Positions 1 to 8,584 of a stretch of 32,000 nt of DNA are shown here, one piece after another (position 1 is the stretch's first letter; each line of letters opens with the position of its first letter). The stretch is from Candidatus Scalindua sp. (GTDB lineage: Bacteria; Planctomycetota; Brocadiia; Brocadiales; Scalinduaceae): NCBI GenBank assembly GCA_031316235.1, contig JALDRA010000001.1, positions 390,001-422,000 on the forward strand, given 5' to 3'. The translations under genes and the position numbers were made by a program. Under the pieces are notes generated by a model. That model made no database searches. It had not been told where the DNA came from and worked only from the letters and a program-made list of their open reading frames with translations.

Positions 1-137
1 TTTTTGCCTATACCGGCAAGTGTTTTTAAAAACTCTGTATAGAGGGGGATTTTCGACCTGATCTCTTCAGAAGCGATCTTTGCCCTTCTTCCCAACTTCT
101 CCCTGATATCTTTGATCGGTATCTTATTACGTATCAT
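1..137 (-). CDS. hypothetical protein, N-terminal part only (runs off left edge)
   Basis: ATG at 135-137 on the minus strand opens MIRNKIPIKDIREKLGRRAKIASEEIRSKIPLYTEFLKTLAGIGK... with no stop before position 1. Same strand as purD, no clear SD, too short for a family call. Confidence 0.25.
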   Translation of the reverse strand, partial: MIRNKIPIKDIREKLGRRAKIASEEIRSKIPLYTEFLKTLAGIGK

Positions 138-154
138 TCCAGACTGCCTGTCAA

Positions 155-293
155 TATATACTCATCTTACAATGGTTTTTGGATAGATTCCGGAAAAAAC
201 GGAGCGGGGAAAGTCCTCGGCGCCTGGTCCGGGGATACCAGCAACCAGGCTTTGGTTTTTAGAAAAATCCAAGGCCAAACCGGTTTTCGTATA
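155..293 (-). repeat. dispersed mosaic intergenic repeat, full-length copy (reverse orientation)
   Basis: The reverse complement reads tatacgaaaaccggtttgg...aaaaaccaaagcctggttgctggtatccccggacc...ccgctccgttttttccgg...aaaaaccattgtaagatgagtatata. It is colinear with the copy at 18606-18750 and shares modules with the other copies. Confidence 0.75.
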
Positions 294-333
294 GTCCCAG
301 ACTAACGTCCCAACGAAACCAATATCTCAGATG

Positions 334-1608
334 CTATCGTTCCTTTATCGCCTTGTAACCAATATCTTTCCGGAAATATACCCCTTCAAATGCTATTTCA
401 CCAGCAGCGTCATAAGCCTTCTTCTGTGCATCTTGAATATCTTTACCACAGGCAACAATATTGAGAACACGACCGCCGTTGGTCACGATCCTCCCATTCA
501 TATACTTTGTCCCAGCGTGGAAAACTTGTGTATCAACTCTATCCTTCAGCAGATCCAGCCCAGATATTTCCTTACCATTGGCATAATGTCCCGGATATCC
601 TCCGGAGGCCATTACCACACACAACGATGAATGGGGATTCCATTCGATATTGACGCCTTCGAGATTACCAGAGATTGTAGCCTGCATAATCGGCACTATA
701 TCACTTTTCATCCGGCTGAGCACAGCCTGTGCTTCTGGATCACCAAAACGAACATTAAATTCCAATACCTTAGGCCCCAGTTCAGTCATCATCAAACCAA
801 CATACAAAATTCCCTTATACGGCCTGCCCTCACTATTCATGGCATTAATGGTAGGTATAAGGATCTGCTTCTCCACATGATTACGCAGTTCAGCAGTCAT
901 AAAGGGAACCGGTGAATATGCCCCCATACCGCCGGTATTCGGCCCTTTATCACCCTCATATACTGTTTTGTGGTCTTGGGATGTTTCCAGGGACAAGAGG
1001 GTTTTCCCATCGGTAAACAAAAGAATTGACACTTCCTCACCGGAAAGGAAATCTTCTATCACGACAGTATCACCTGCATCTCCAAATATCTTATCTTGCA
1101 TTATGGCGTTAAGGGCTTCAAAGGCCTCATCTTCAGTTTTGCAGACAAACACACCCTTCCCCATGCTGAGACCGTCAGCCTTTATTACCATCGGTTTACT
1201 TCTTGATACTATGTGCCTTCTCGCTTCATCATAATCATTAAAATATGTAAAGTCTGCTGAAGGAATGCCGTATTTTTTTAACAGACATTTCGTAAAAACT
1301 TTGCTACTCTCCAGAATGGCGGCGTTTTTATCAGGACCAAATACATCCAGATTATACTTACGAAATTCATCAACTATTCCCGCTACCAACGGAGCTTCCG
1401 GACCAACTACCGTCAGGTCAATTTTCTCTTTTACCGCAAATTCAGTAAGCAGGGGTATCTGTTCAGGCAATATATCTACACATTCAGCAATCTCACCAAT
1501 ACCAGGATTCCCTGGTGCACAAAAGATCTTTCCTACCCGCGGCGATTGAGCTAATTTCCATACGAGACAATGCTCTCTTCCACCACTTCCGATTACCAAT
1601 ACTTTCAT
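334..1608 (-). CDS. purD: phosphoribosylamine--glycine ligase (GAR synthetase)
   Basis: The 434-aa ORF has the canonical PurD N-terminus MKVLVIGSGGREH and ATP-grasp body (GPNTGGMGAYSP, EFNVRFGDPE). Start moved to the internal ATG (MKVLVIG) by homology logic; the TTG at 1638 has no SD. Confidence 0.93.
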   Translation of the reverse strand: MKVLVIGSGGREHCLVWKLAQSPRVGKIFCAPGNPGIGEIAECVDILPEQIPLLTEFAVKEKIDLTVVGPEAPLVAGIVDEFRKYNLDVFGPDKNAAILESSKVFTKCLLKKYGIPSADFTYFNDYDEARRHIVSRSKPMVIKADGLSMGKGVFVCKTEDEAFEALNAIMQDKIFGDAGDTVVIEDFLSGEEVSILLFTDGKTLLSLETSQDHKTVYEGDKGPNTGGMGAYSPVPFMTAELRNHVEKQILIPTINAMNSEGRPYKGILYVGLMMTELGPKVLEFNVRFGDPEAQAVLSRMKSDIVPIMQATISGNLEGVNIEWNPHSSLCVVMASGGYPGHYANGKEISGLDLLKDRVDTQVFHAGTKYMNGRIVTNGGRVLNIVACGKDIQDAQKKAYDAAGEIAFEGVYFRKDIGYKAIKER

Positions 1609-1890
1609 TCCTGTATGCTGTCCTTTCGTCCCCACCAAAACGAGGGAGAATAAAGCGCCACAAGGTAAGCCAATCCTGCCTGTGTGTTATCATGAGGACG
1701 GACGTAAATCTTTCAACATTGCTGCAATGAGCAGTCAAGTTTGTTCCCAGATTTATCAGGCTTCCTGATTATTTTGATTTTCTAAACGTTAACGGAGAAT
1801 TTTATAACCAGATTCTAAAGATTACTCTTCAAAAAAGGCTATTTTAGAGACGATCAGCAGTTTCAGCAAGAGAAATGTATAATTTTCTCA

Positions 1891-1919
1891 TTGACAGAAT
1901 ACTTTTTAAATTATACTAT
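1891..1919 (+). promoter_or_regulatory. candidate sigma70-type promoter for tRNA-fMet
   Basis: TTGACA (1891-1896), 17-nt spacer, TACTAT (1914-1919), about 80 nt upstream of the tRNA 5' end. Confidence 0.3.
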
Positions 1920-1998
1920 GGATACTAATGATCGATAAGGCTACATGATTCCATGAGGGAACAAACGTCTAAAATCATCGGCCACACTATATAGGGTA

Positions 1999-2075
<77 letters not shown>

Positions 2076-2083
2076 ATTTTACA

Positions 2084-2116
2084 GGGCTCAGGATAACTTC
2101 CTCAGCCCTTTTTTTA
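2084..2116 (+). terminator. rho-independent terminator after tRNA-fMet
   Basis: Imperfect hairpin gggctcagga/tcctcagccc (one C:C mismatch) followed by a T7 run. Confidence 0.5.
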
Positions 2117-2239
2117 TTATCTTCGAACAATCTTCTAACAGAATCTGAAGCGTTACCAAGATGTCCGGTATAATTAAGGGCATTATCAGGTTTCATTGCC
2201 TGCTCTGTATTCACCTCCTTGAACAGGTGTCCATACCTC

Positions 2240-4741
2240 TCAATTATCGATTGTTTCCTTTATCTCTTTTATTTCCTGTTTCAATGACACATTTTCCTCA
2301 TGAAGCTCCTTGACTGCTTCAACCAAAATGCCTACGAGTTTCCCATATGAGACAGACTTCATACCCTCTTTATCCCGGGAAACAGCCTCAGGAATAACAC
2401 TCTCCACTTCCTGTGCAATTACACCGATTTGCCTGCCTTCACCCATGCTCTTGTCAATCCACCTGAAATTCACACCACGAATATTTTCAACCTTCTCAAG
2501 TGCATTATCTATGGTGTGGATATCTTCCTTCAGCCTGACGTCAGACGGTGATACATTGTCTCCCCGTATAGTACCCTTTACGTCTAAATTATAGGACGGA
2601 TCCGTTCTGCCAATACCGACAAATCCGGATGGGATTATAGTCATCTTCTGACTGTTATTTACAACGAAATCTAATCTGTGATCTGTCATAGTGCCGATAA
2701 TACCTCTATCGAGCCAGCCCTCCAGATACGTTGTAGCACCTCCGGTTGTTTGTAATTGAAAATTCCCTGGTCCGCTATCACCCGTTACGATAAGATTTCC
2801 ATCATAGACGTGCAACCTGGCATCAGGACTCGCCGTCCCCAAACCAACGTTACCATCATTATAGTACGTATTAACTCCGTCAAGTAGCCACTGTGAATCC
2901 CCGGGATCTCCCTTATCACCTTTCACTCCTGGTACACCTGATATTCCCTGAACTCCCGTATCGCCTTTGTCACCCTTCGGGCCCTGTGCACCATCTGCAC
3001 CCGCTATTCCCTGAGGACCAACCGGTCCCTGTACACCGTCTGCACCCGCCGGTCCAATCAATGTTGCTGTGGTCTGCAGTGTCCCATCAGGAAACATAAT
3101 CCCATCAGTTCCAGGAGTGCCGCCCACATGGAGCTTTGCTATTGGATTCGGTACTCCAATGCCGACGTTTCCCCCAGCCGTAACTCGTAACATCTCGGCA
3201 CCATATTCCAGGGTAAAGTCATTGGTGTCTGTCTCTTCCAGGTCCCAGAATACACCATTTCCCCCTGTGTCACCCAGGCGAACGGTATCAAGCAGGCTTA
3301 TTCCTTTCACATGAAGTTTTTCAAGAGGGCTCGTTGTGCCAATACCAATATTGCCATTCTTAAGCACTGTTATCGCATTCCGGCGATTCGTACCATCAGT
3401 ACCATTGCCGATTACAAACAACGGATCAGTTTTTACCCACGATAACGGGTCTCCGGAAACAACATTATATTGACCGACAACCAATGAGGCCAGGGACTGT
3501 GCGGTGGTCTGTAATCCCATGGCAGTTGAATATTTTCCGCTTGCAGTTGTGCCGTTTCCCATGGCGGTTGATGTATTCCCGCTGGCAGTTGCCCATCTTC
3601 CCATTGCAGTGGAAGACCATCCGTTTGCAGTTGTACCTCCTCCCATAGCGGTTGAAAAGCGTCCGCTTGCTGTTGTTCTCCATCCCGTTGCAGCTGAATA
3701 ATTTCCAACCTGTGCCGAATCCCATTGATTACCATTTACATACCCAGCCCTGAAGGCAGCTTTTTTCGGGTACCATATCAGTCTTGCACCTTCTCCTGTT
3801 GTGTTAAGATCAGTACCGGAACCAAAAGTTCCCCTTGCAAGTATACCGCCATCATTATCGAGTGAGAGTTTGAATTGAGGTCTGGACGTGCCTATTCCCA
3901 CATTACCTTGAAGGTAATACGTGTTTAACCCGTCAAGCAGCCAGTGCGAATCACCTTCAGGCCCTCGTGGGCCTCTGGCACCGGTATTACCTGCCGGCCC
4001 TTGTGCCCCTGGAATTCCCTTCGGTCCGCGAAACCCTACTGCACCATCTGCACCTGCCGGCCCTGCCACCCCTTGAGGCCCCGGAATACCCTGTGGACCT
4101 ATAGGCCCTGCAACAGTCGCCGATGTCTGCAGCGTACCGTCAGGAAACATGATGCCGTCTGTTCCCGGATTACCGCCGATGTGCAGTCTGTGAAGCGGAT
4201 CAGGGACATTAATCCCGACATTTCCATTCTCCTTTATTGTAAGATTCTCACCGCTGTCATCATCAATAAACCTCAGAGCGCTCTTGTCTCTCGTAATCGT
4301 AGTAAATTCCCTGTAGGGGACTAGTGCTGATTGAGGAAGGCTGTTACCTTCGAGCCGGATAGCTGTTGACACCTGATCCTGGTTATAGATATGGAGGTCT
4401 ACCTCGGGATTAGTTGTCCCGATCCCGGTACCAGGAGTTGTTTCCGGCTCCATCTGATTTTGAGCAATGGATTCATCTTTGTATCCGGATGCTGCTGTTG
4501 TCTCCAGACTGTCATTGAGAGATTTTTCTTCATACCTCGTTATAATCTCCTTCATGGCTTTCATTTCCACTTTCAACTCTTCGATTTGTTTCTCTTGTGT
4601 TTTGATTGCCTCCACGAGAGTAGCAACATCAGTGCCCGGGACATCTTCACCGGAAACACCTGTCTTTACCGGAGAAAAACATACACTTACTAACAAGAGA
4701 AATGCTGCTATAACTATAATTCTTCCTGATCTTGATACCAT
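2240..4741 (-). CDS. secreted collagen-repeat fibre protein with YadA-head-like repeats and a C-terminal tail-fibre intramolecular chaperone (peptidase S74) domain
   Basis: N-terminal signal peptide (IIVIAAFLLLVSVCFS), then a coiled-coil segment. Two G-X-Y collagen tracts lie at nt 3953-4108 and ~2896-3054. A run of S/T-A-x-G repeats (STAMGxxTTASG) resembles YadA head/Hep_Hag. The C-terminus SDVRLKEDI...GVNFRW...IGVIAQEVESVIPEAV...VSYGKLVGILVEAVKEL matches the endosialidase-chaperone/S74 pattern. Confidence 0.85.
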   Translation of the reverse strand: MVSRSGRIIVIAAFLLLVSVCFSPVKTGVSGEDVPGTDVATLVEAIKTQEKQIEELKVEMKAMKEIITRYEEKSLNDSLETTAASGYKDESIAQNQMEPETTPGTGIGTTNPEVDLHIYNQDQVSTAIRLEGNSLPQSALVPYREFTTITRDKSALRFIDDDSGENLTIKENGNVGINVPDPLHRLHIGGNPGTDGIMFPDGTLQTSATVAGPIGPQGIPGPQGVAGPAGADGAVGFRGPKGIPGAQGPAGNTGARGPRGPEGDSHWLLDGLNTYYLQGNVGIGTSRPQFKLSLDNDGGILARGTFGSGTDLNTTGEGARLIWYPKKAAFRAGYVNGNQWDSAQVGNYSAATGWRTTASGRFSTAMGGGTTANGWSSTAMGRWATASGNTSTAMGNGTTASGKYSTAMGLQTTAQSLASLVVGQYNVVSGDPLSWVKTDPLFVIGNGTDGTNRRNAITVLKNGNIGIGTTSPLEKLHVKGISLLDTVRLGDTGGNGVFWDLEETDTNDFTLEYGAEMLRVTAGGNVGIGVPNPIAKLHVGGTPGTDGIMFPDGTLQTTATLIGPAGADGVQGPVGPQGIAGADGAQGPKGDKGDTGVQGISGVPGVKGDKGDPGDSQWLLDGVNTYYNDGNVGLGTASPDARLHVYDGNLIVTGDSGPGNFQLQTTGGATTYLEGWLDRGIIGTMTDHRLDFVVNNSQKMTIIPSGFVGIGRTDPSYNLDVKGTIRGDNVSPSDVRLKEDIHTIDNALEKVENIRGVNFRWIDKSMGEGRQIGVIAQEVESVIPEAVSRDKEGMKSVSYGKLVGILVEAVKELHEENVSLKQEIKEIKETIDN

Positions 4742-4769
4742 GTTATTACCCTCCCACCTGTTTCCTCAT

Positions 4770-6224
4770 TCACTGAGTCTGATAAGTATAATCCACATAT
4801 TTCCATGTACCGCTCTTAAACCACAACCTGACATACAAATTCTGTCCATTCAAGGGTATTCCTGATACTGTTGCTGATGTATTGAGATACTGGTTTCGGC
4901 TGTAAATATCTCCGTATGGTGTTCTATCGAGTGAAGCCAGGCTTGTCCCGACTGAGAGCCAATGCTGGCTGACAGCGCTGCCGTTGACCCACTCAAATTC
5001 CACCGTAGGTGTCGCTAATGTAGGATCCGTAAATCTTGAACCCGGTCTCGGACTCCTGATATAAGAATTCTCAGGGTACTCGAACTCGATCGCACCAATA
5101 TCACAGGCAGCAGTTCCATCACCATTGCCATCTACCGGGCGGCTCTTGCCAAGTTGATCTATTTGAGGACATGCAGAGTTATTCCCCGAATCTATAGCAG
5201 GACTATCGAGTAGTAACGGAACATGCCCGTGCCCTGGTAAACCATCATCGATGAATTCCCGCAGACGCGGATCACCGGTACTATCGCTCTCCAGGAGGGC
5301 GATAGTACAATTTACGGGGTCACCAATAATATTATTTCCGAGTGAAGTTATGGGGCCCTCACAATCACCAGGATAGTCAACGTCAGCAGAATTATATGCA
5401 AGAATAGTGTTTTTCAGCTCAACGGTTCCCGCTCCACTATAATCCCCGTATCCATTAGTAATGGCAGCCCCTGGTCCATGATTGTCAGAAATAGTACAGT
5501 TGGTGATACTCACCGTACCTAAAACATTGTGAATTCCATTTCCGTAATACGCCCCACCATTTTGCGAGATTGTGCAGTTTTCAACAGTCACTATTCTTTC
5601 ATAGTTTTTTATACCACTGCCCTTATCACTTCCGTTATACGAAATAGTACTATTCGTTATGCTCATCAAACCGCTCCAATTAGCGATACCACCACCATTA
5701 TGCGCTTCGTTATCTAAGATACTGCTGTTTCTTATAGTGACCGTGCCAATGTTATATATTCCCCCGCCATCAAAGGTTTCGGTTTCATCATTAAGCGAGT
5801 AGGGAACAACCCCATCCTTAATGGTAAAACTGTCTATCTGTAAAACCCCTGTATCAGCAACATGAAAGATACGAAAGAGCGGCGCATCTCTTTCCCGTTG
5901 GATGATTGTTGAATCGGCGCCAGTACCTTTAAGGGTGATACTACTCGTTACAGAGGGAAGGCCGTTAGGTCCATTGGTATCGTTGTCCATTCTGGTCAGG
6001 GTATACGTACCGCCTTGCAGGTTAATGGTATCGTCTTCATTGCTGCTGTTCGCAGTATTGATTGCATCGATAAGGGCAGCTGCATCACCTGACGGTATGG
6101 TAAATTCCGCGGCATGCAGATTATCCAAACGATCCAGGTTAAAGAAACTATATGAAATGAATAGAACACTCAACATTAAATTAAATGTCCACGTTCCTCT
6201 TTTTTTTATAGCTCTATTGCTCAT
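4770..6224 (-). CDS. secreted right-handed parallel beta-helix repeat protein (choice-of-anchor-Q-like) with the shared ~93-aa C-terminal module
   Basis: Signal peptide, then repeated NxTIxxN / GGGIxN beta-helix rungs (TIRNSSILDNEA, ITNSTISYN, VENCTISQN, ITNCTISDN). The motif DSPAIDSG...DQLGKSRP...CDIGAIEFE is typical of that family. The C-terminal 95 aa are homologous to the two modules in the 14417-15658 product. Only 28 nt separate it from the downstream fibre gene, so an operon is likely. Confidence 0.8.
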   Translation of the reverse strand: MSNRAIKKRGTWTFNLMLSVLFISYSFFNLDRLDNLHAAEFTIPSGDAAALIDAINTANSSNEDDTINLQGGTYTLTRMDNDTNGPNGLPSVTSSITLKGTGADSTIIQRERDAPLFRIFHVADTGVLQIDSFTIKDGVVPYSLNDETETFDGGGIYNIGTVTIRNSSILDNEAHNGGGIANWSGLMSITNSTISYNGSDKGSGIKNYERIVTVENCTISQNGGAYYGNGIHNVLGTVSITNCTISDNHGPGAAITNGYGDYSGAGTVELKNTILAYNSADVDYPGDCEGPITSLGNNIIGDPVNCTIALLESDSTGDPRLREFIDDGLPGHGHVPLLLDSPAIDSGNNSACPQIDQLGKSRPVDGNGDGTAACDIGAIEFEYPENSYIRSPRPGSRFTDPTLATPTVEFEWVNGSAVSQHWLSVGTSLASLDRTPYGDIYSRNQYLNTSATVSGIPLNGQNLYVRLWFKSGTWKYVDYTYQTQ

Positions 6225-6442
6225 TGGTTTATCCGTTGCTATTTTTTACATAATGCTCCATAAAGTAAACAACCTTGCTGTCCTGGATTTACAAATCAAC
6301 TATCCTCGGCAGTTATGCCATCTTTTCTCAGATCAATCATCACCAGGTAGTTTTAAGACTCCTTACTTCAGGTCGCCTGACCACTCAGGGTTTGCCCCTT
6401 TCTGGCACTCTTAACCTGATCTGATATTATAGCGGAAGCATA

Positions 6443-6483
6443 GACAAAGCTGGTGCATTTGTCAATAGGACAGAGTAGGACAC
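6443..6483. promoter_or_regulatory. candidate regulator-binding array upstream of the beta-helix gene
   Basis: Inverted repeat gacaaa(6443-6448)/tttgtc(6458-6463), then TTGTCAATAGGACAG, then two TAGGACA direct repeats 10 bp apart (6467-6473, 6477-6483). Lies ~235 bp upstream of the start at 6224. Confidence 0.3.
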
Positions 6484-6544
6484 GTCAATTATAACGAACT
6501 GAGAATGTGGGTATTAGGGAGGATGGTATATACCCATGACAAAT

Positions 6545-6766
6545 TATTTTTCGGTTTTCAGAACCAGATTCCACATGAAGTTTCCGGTTTTGTTCAATCG
6601 GAAAATAAAAATTTCAAGCAGACTCCTGCCCTCAAATTCCGAAAATCTATCTGCAATGGGTATAAAATATCTATTTGATAAATAAAAAAAGGAAACTTTG
6701 CGAATCAGTGCTTGAAATGAAACTCAGTGGTTGAACAAAAACTATTATAAGATGAGTATATATATC
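6545..6766 (+). repeat. degenerate copy or copies of the mosaic intergenic repeat
   Basis: Contains ttcggttttcag and ccggttttgtt 5'-module-like pieces and ends with the conserved 3' module ctattataagatgagtatatat (6742-6766). Confidence 0.35.
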
Positions 6767-6781
6767 ACCAACAAACATTTT

Positions 6782-7156
6782 TTAACACGGCCTGGTTGAA
6801 TCAGCTGATGCAATGAGTAACTCCAGCATTAAATCGGAAGCGCCAAGGTGGGGGGCAATTCTGATATCAACATCAGGGTAATACTTCATGGTATCCTTGA
6901 CAATATTGGGAATATCGTCAACCACATGTCTCCCTGAATTCAGGAAATATGGTAAAACAACAACAGATGATGCACCCTCATCGATACATTTTCTTATACC
7001 ATCAGGGATTAAAACTTCTGCTAGTTCCAGAAATGCAGCATGAACAATATTGTATTGCGCAAAACATTTCTTTCTAAGTTTGTCGGCAAGTAAAACAACT
7101 TCATCATTAGACTGTTGACGGCGGCTGCCATGAGCTACCAGTAATAACGCTTTCAT
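6782..7156 (-). CDS. cbiX: sirohydrochlorin cobaltochelatase, short CbiX-type
   Basis: 124-aa product starting MKALLLVAHGSRRQQSNDEV, with LPYFLNSGRHV; the size and motifs fit CbiX(S). Confidence 0.75.
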   Translation of the reverse strand: MKALLLVAHGSRRQQSNDEVVLLADKLRKKCFAQYNIVHAAFLELAEVLIPDGIRKCIDEGASSVVVLPYFLNSGRHVVDDIPNIVKDTMKYYPDVDIRIAPHLGASDLMLELLIASADSTRPC

Positions 7157-7370
7157 AAATAATTCCCATGAGTAATATGTTGTTTGAAATAAAACTGTAT
7201 TCTGCTGTTATTCGTGTCAAACCTCTTTCAAATAAATGATCCAGCCTCGCAATTTCGTACCACTTACCCAGATATTTTTCCACCTTGAAATTATCAACAG
7301 GTTTCACATTTTCAGGGATTCCAACACACCCCATTAAGAAGTAAACCAATAGTACTGACAGGTTATTCAT
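7107..7370 (-). pseudogene. blc: 5' remnant of a bacterial lipocalin (Blc-like outer-membrane lipoprotein) gene
   Basis: Lipobox LMGC followed by VDNFKVEKYLGKWYEIARLDHLFERGLTRITAEYS, which matches the first third of Blc. Similarity then stops, the frame ends after 87 aa (Blc is about 170-180 aa), and it overlaps the cbiX start by 50 nt. Confidence 0.5.
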
Positions 7371-7604
7371 CGCAGTTCGTCAGGAAATATAACGCTTTTC
7401 ATAGTTGAATACTCCATTGTTCTGATAATCATTATATGCGGAAAAGAGTTTTATTCACACGAATAAATTAACAAAATGGCTCCCGTATAAAGAGGGTAGC
7501 CATCAGATGCATATAAATCGTCCCTCATGTTTGTGCCTGCCTTCAAATAAATCAATTTCTCCTTATTTGTACCCGCCAATTCTCATAAAGAGCCGTTTAT
7601 AGAT

Positions 7605-7715
7605 TATACTAAAACCGTTTTGGTTTTAGATTTTGCTAAAAACCAAAGCCTGATTACCGTCATATCTGCTCCGTTTCTTCTCGTATTTTTTCCGAAAACC
7701 ATGATAAGATATCCT
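7605..7715 (+). repeat. mosaic intergenic repeat copy (5' module plus 3' module)
   Basis: tatactaaaaccgttttggttttagattttgctaaaaaccaaagcctg ... ttccgaaaaccatgataagatatcc. The first 48 nt are 47/48 identical to the copy at 8422. Its 3' end abuts the stop codon of the 7715-8407 gene. Confidence 0.75.
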
Positions 7716-8407
7716 TACTCTTCTCCAATAGTGACTTCCCCGCCTGATGTATCGAGTATCATTTTTTTTGTTATCATCAGCGCCTCGTTCGACTTGCCTG
7801 CCTTTATTATCAGCTCCCCTCCAACCTCAAGAGCATCAGCACCTTCCTCTACCGTATTGTATGGATTATCAAATGTACCCTTTTCTGTGCCGGTGAAAGG
7901 AAATTCCACCCACTTTGTATCAAGAGTTGGATTTGTACCTTTTTCATATTCGAGCTTATTTGTAATGCCATCTCCATCTGGATCACCTTCAGGGCCGTTA
8001 TTGATATTGATGCTTCCGTCATCTGACGGGTCAAGACCATTAGCTATTTCCCATGTATCCAGGAGGCCATCTTTGTCATTATCGGTATAAATCAGCTCAT
8101 CGGAGTAAGCACTTTCATTACCGGCGTAATCATATGCTGTTAGAGCTATATAATACGTCTTTCCAGGTATAAGGCCGGAAAGGGTATAGGATGTCTCTAC
8201 TCCGGCAACATCATGAAAACTATATTTCCTGCTTAATTCTCCATAATATATCTTATAACCGGCAAGATCATCTTCGGGTGACGGATTCCAGTACACTTTT
8301 ACATGACTTGCGTCTACAACAGCCTCTGCCGTAGGTAGAAAATTACATTCAAAGAAACAGAGTAAAAAGAACAGAATACCAGGAAACCTTACAAATTGTG
8401 TATTCAT
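7715..8407 (-). CDS. secreted FN3-domain protein with thrombospondin-type-3-like Ca-binding D-x-D-x-DG repeats
   Basis: Signal peptide; FN3-like segment VKVYWNPSPEDDLAGYKIYYG...TYYIALTAYDYAGNESAYS; then DNDKDGLLDTWE...GDPDGDGITNKLEYEKGTNP. SD GGAGGGG upstream. Confidence 0.75.
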   Translation of the reverse strand: MNTQFVRFPGILFFLLCFFECNFLPTAEAVVDASHVKVYWNPSPEDDLAGYKIYYGELSRKYSFHDVAGVETSYTLSGLIPGKTYYIALTAYDYAGNESAYSDELIYTDNDKDGLLDTWEIANGLDPSDDGSININNGPEGDPDGDGITNKLEYEKGTNPTLDTKWVEFPFTGTEKGTFDNPYNTVEEGADALEVGGELIIKAGKSNEALMITKKMILDTSGGEVTIGEE

Positions 8408-8421
8408 TTTCCCCTCCAGAG

Positions 8422-8525
8422 TATACTAAAACCGATTTGGTTTTAGATTTTGCTAAAAACCAAAGCCTGCTTGCTGATATCCCCGGACAAAAAAACAGCG
8501 AGGGCTTTGTGATTATGAATGCGGG
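8422..8525 (+). repeat. mosaic intergenic repeat copy (5' module plus central CCCCGGAC module)
   Basis: tatactaaaaccgatttggttttagattttgctaaaaaccaaagcctgcttgctgatatccccggacaaaaaaacagcgaggg... It starts 14 nt from the ATG of the 7715-8407 gene. Confidence 0.75.
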
Positions 8526-8584
8526 ACAATACGGTAACAAACTATTTAAAGAATCAAAAGATAAAAAGCATTAAATGAGTGTCC

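Noticed and set aside
3433-3735. Several 65-126-aa ORFs in other frames and on the opposite strand within the fibre gene (3433-3735, 3465-3725, 3504-3701, 3944-4324, 2893-3314)
   Set aside because: They are shadow ORFs created by the low-complexity GXY and STAMG repeat coding. They have no SD sites and are fully nested in a strongly supported CDS.
5902-6414. 170-aa plus-strand ORF, and similar long antisense ORFs (7620-8090, 4467-4865, 15289-15714, 28477-28854, 31234-31524)
   Set aside because: They are antisense to well-supported genes, with low-complexity or hydrophobic translations and no ribosome-binding sites.
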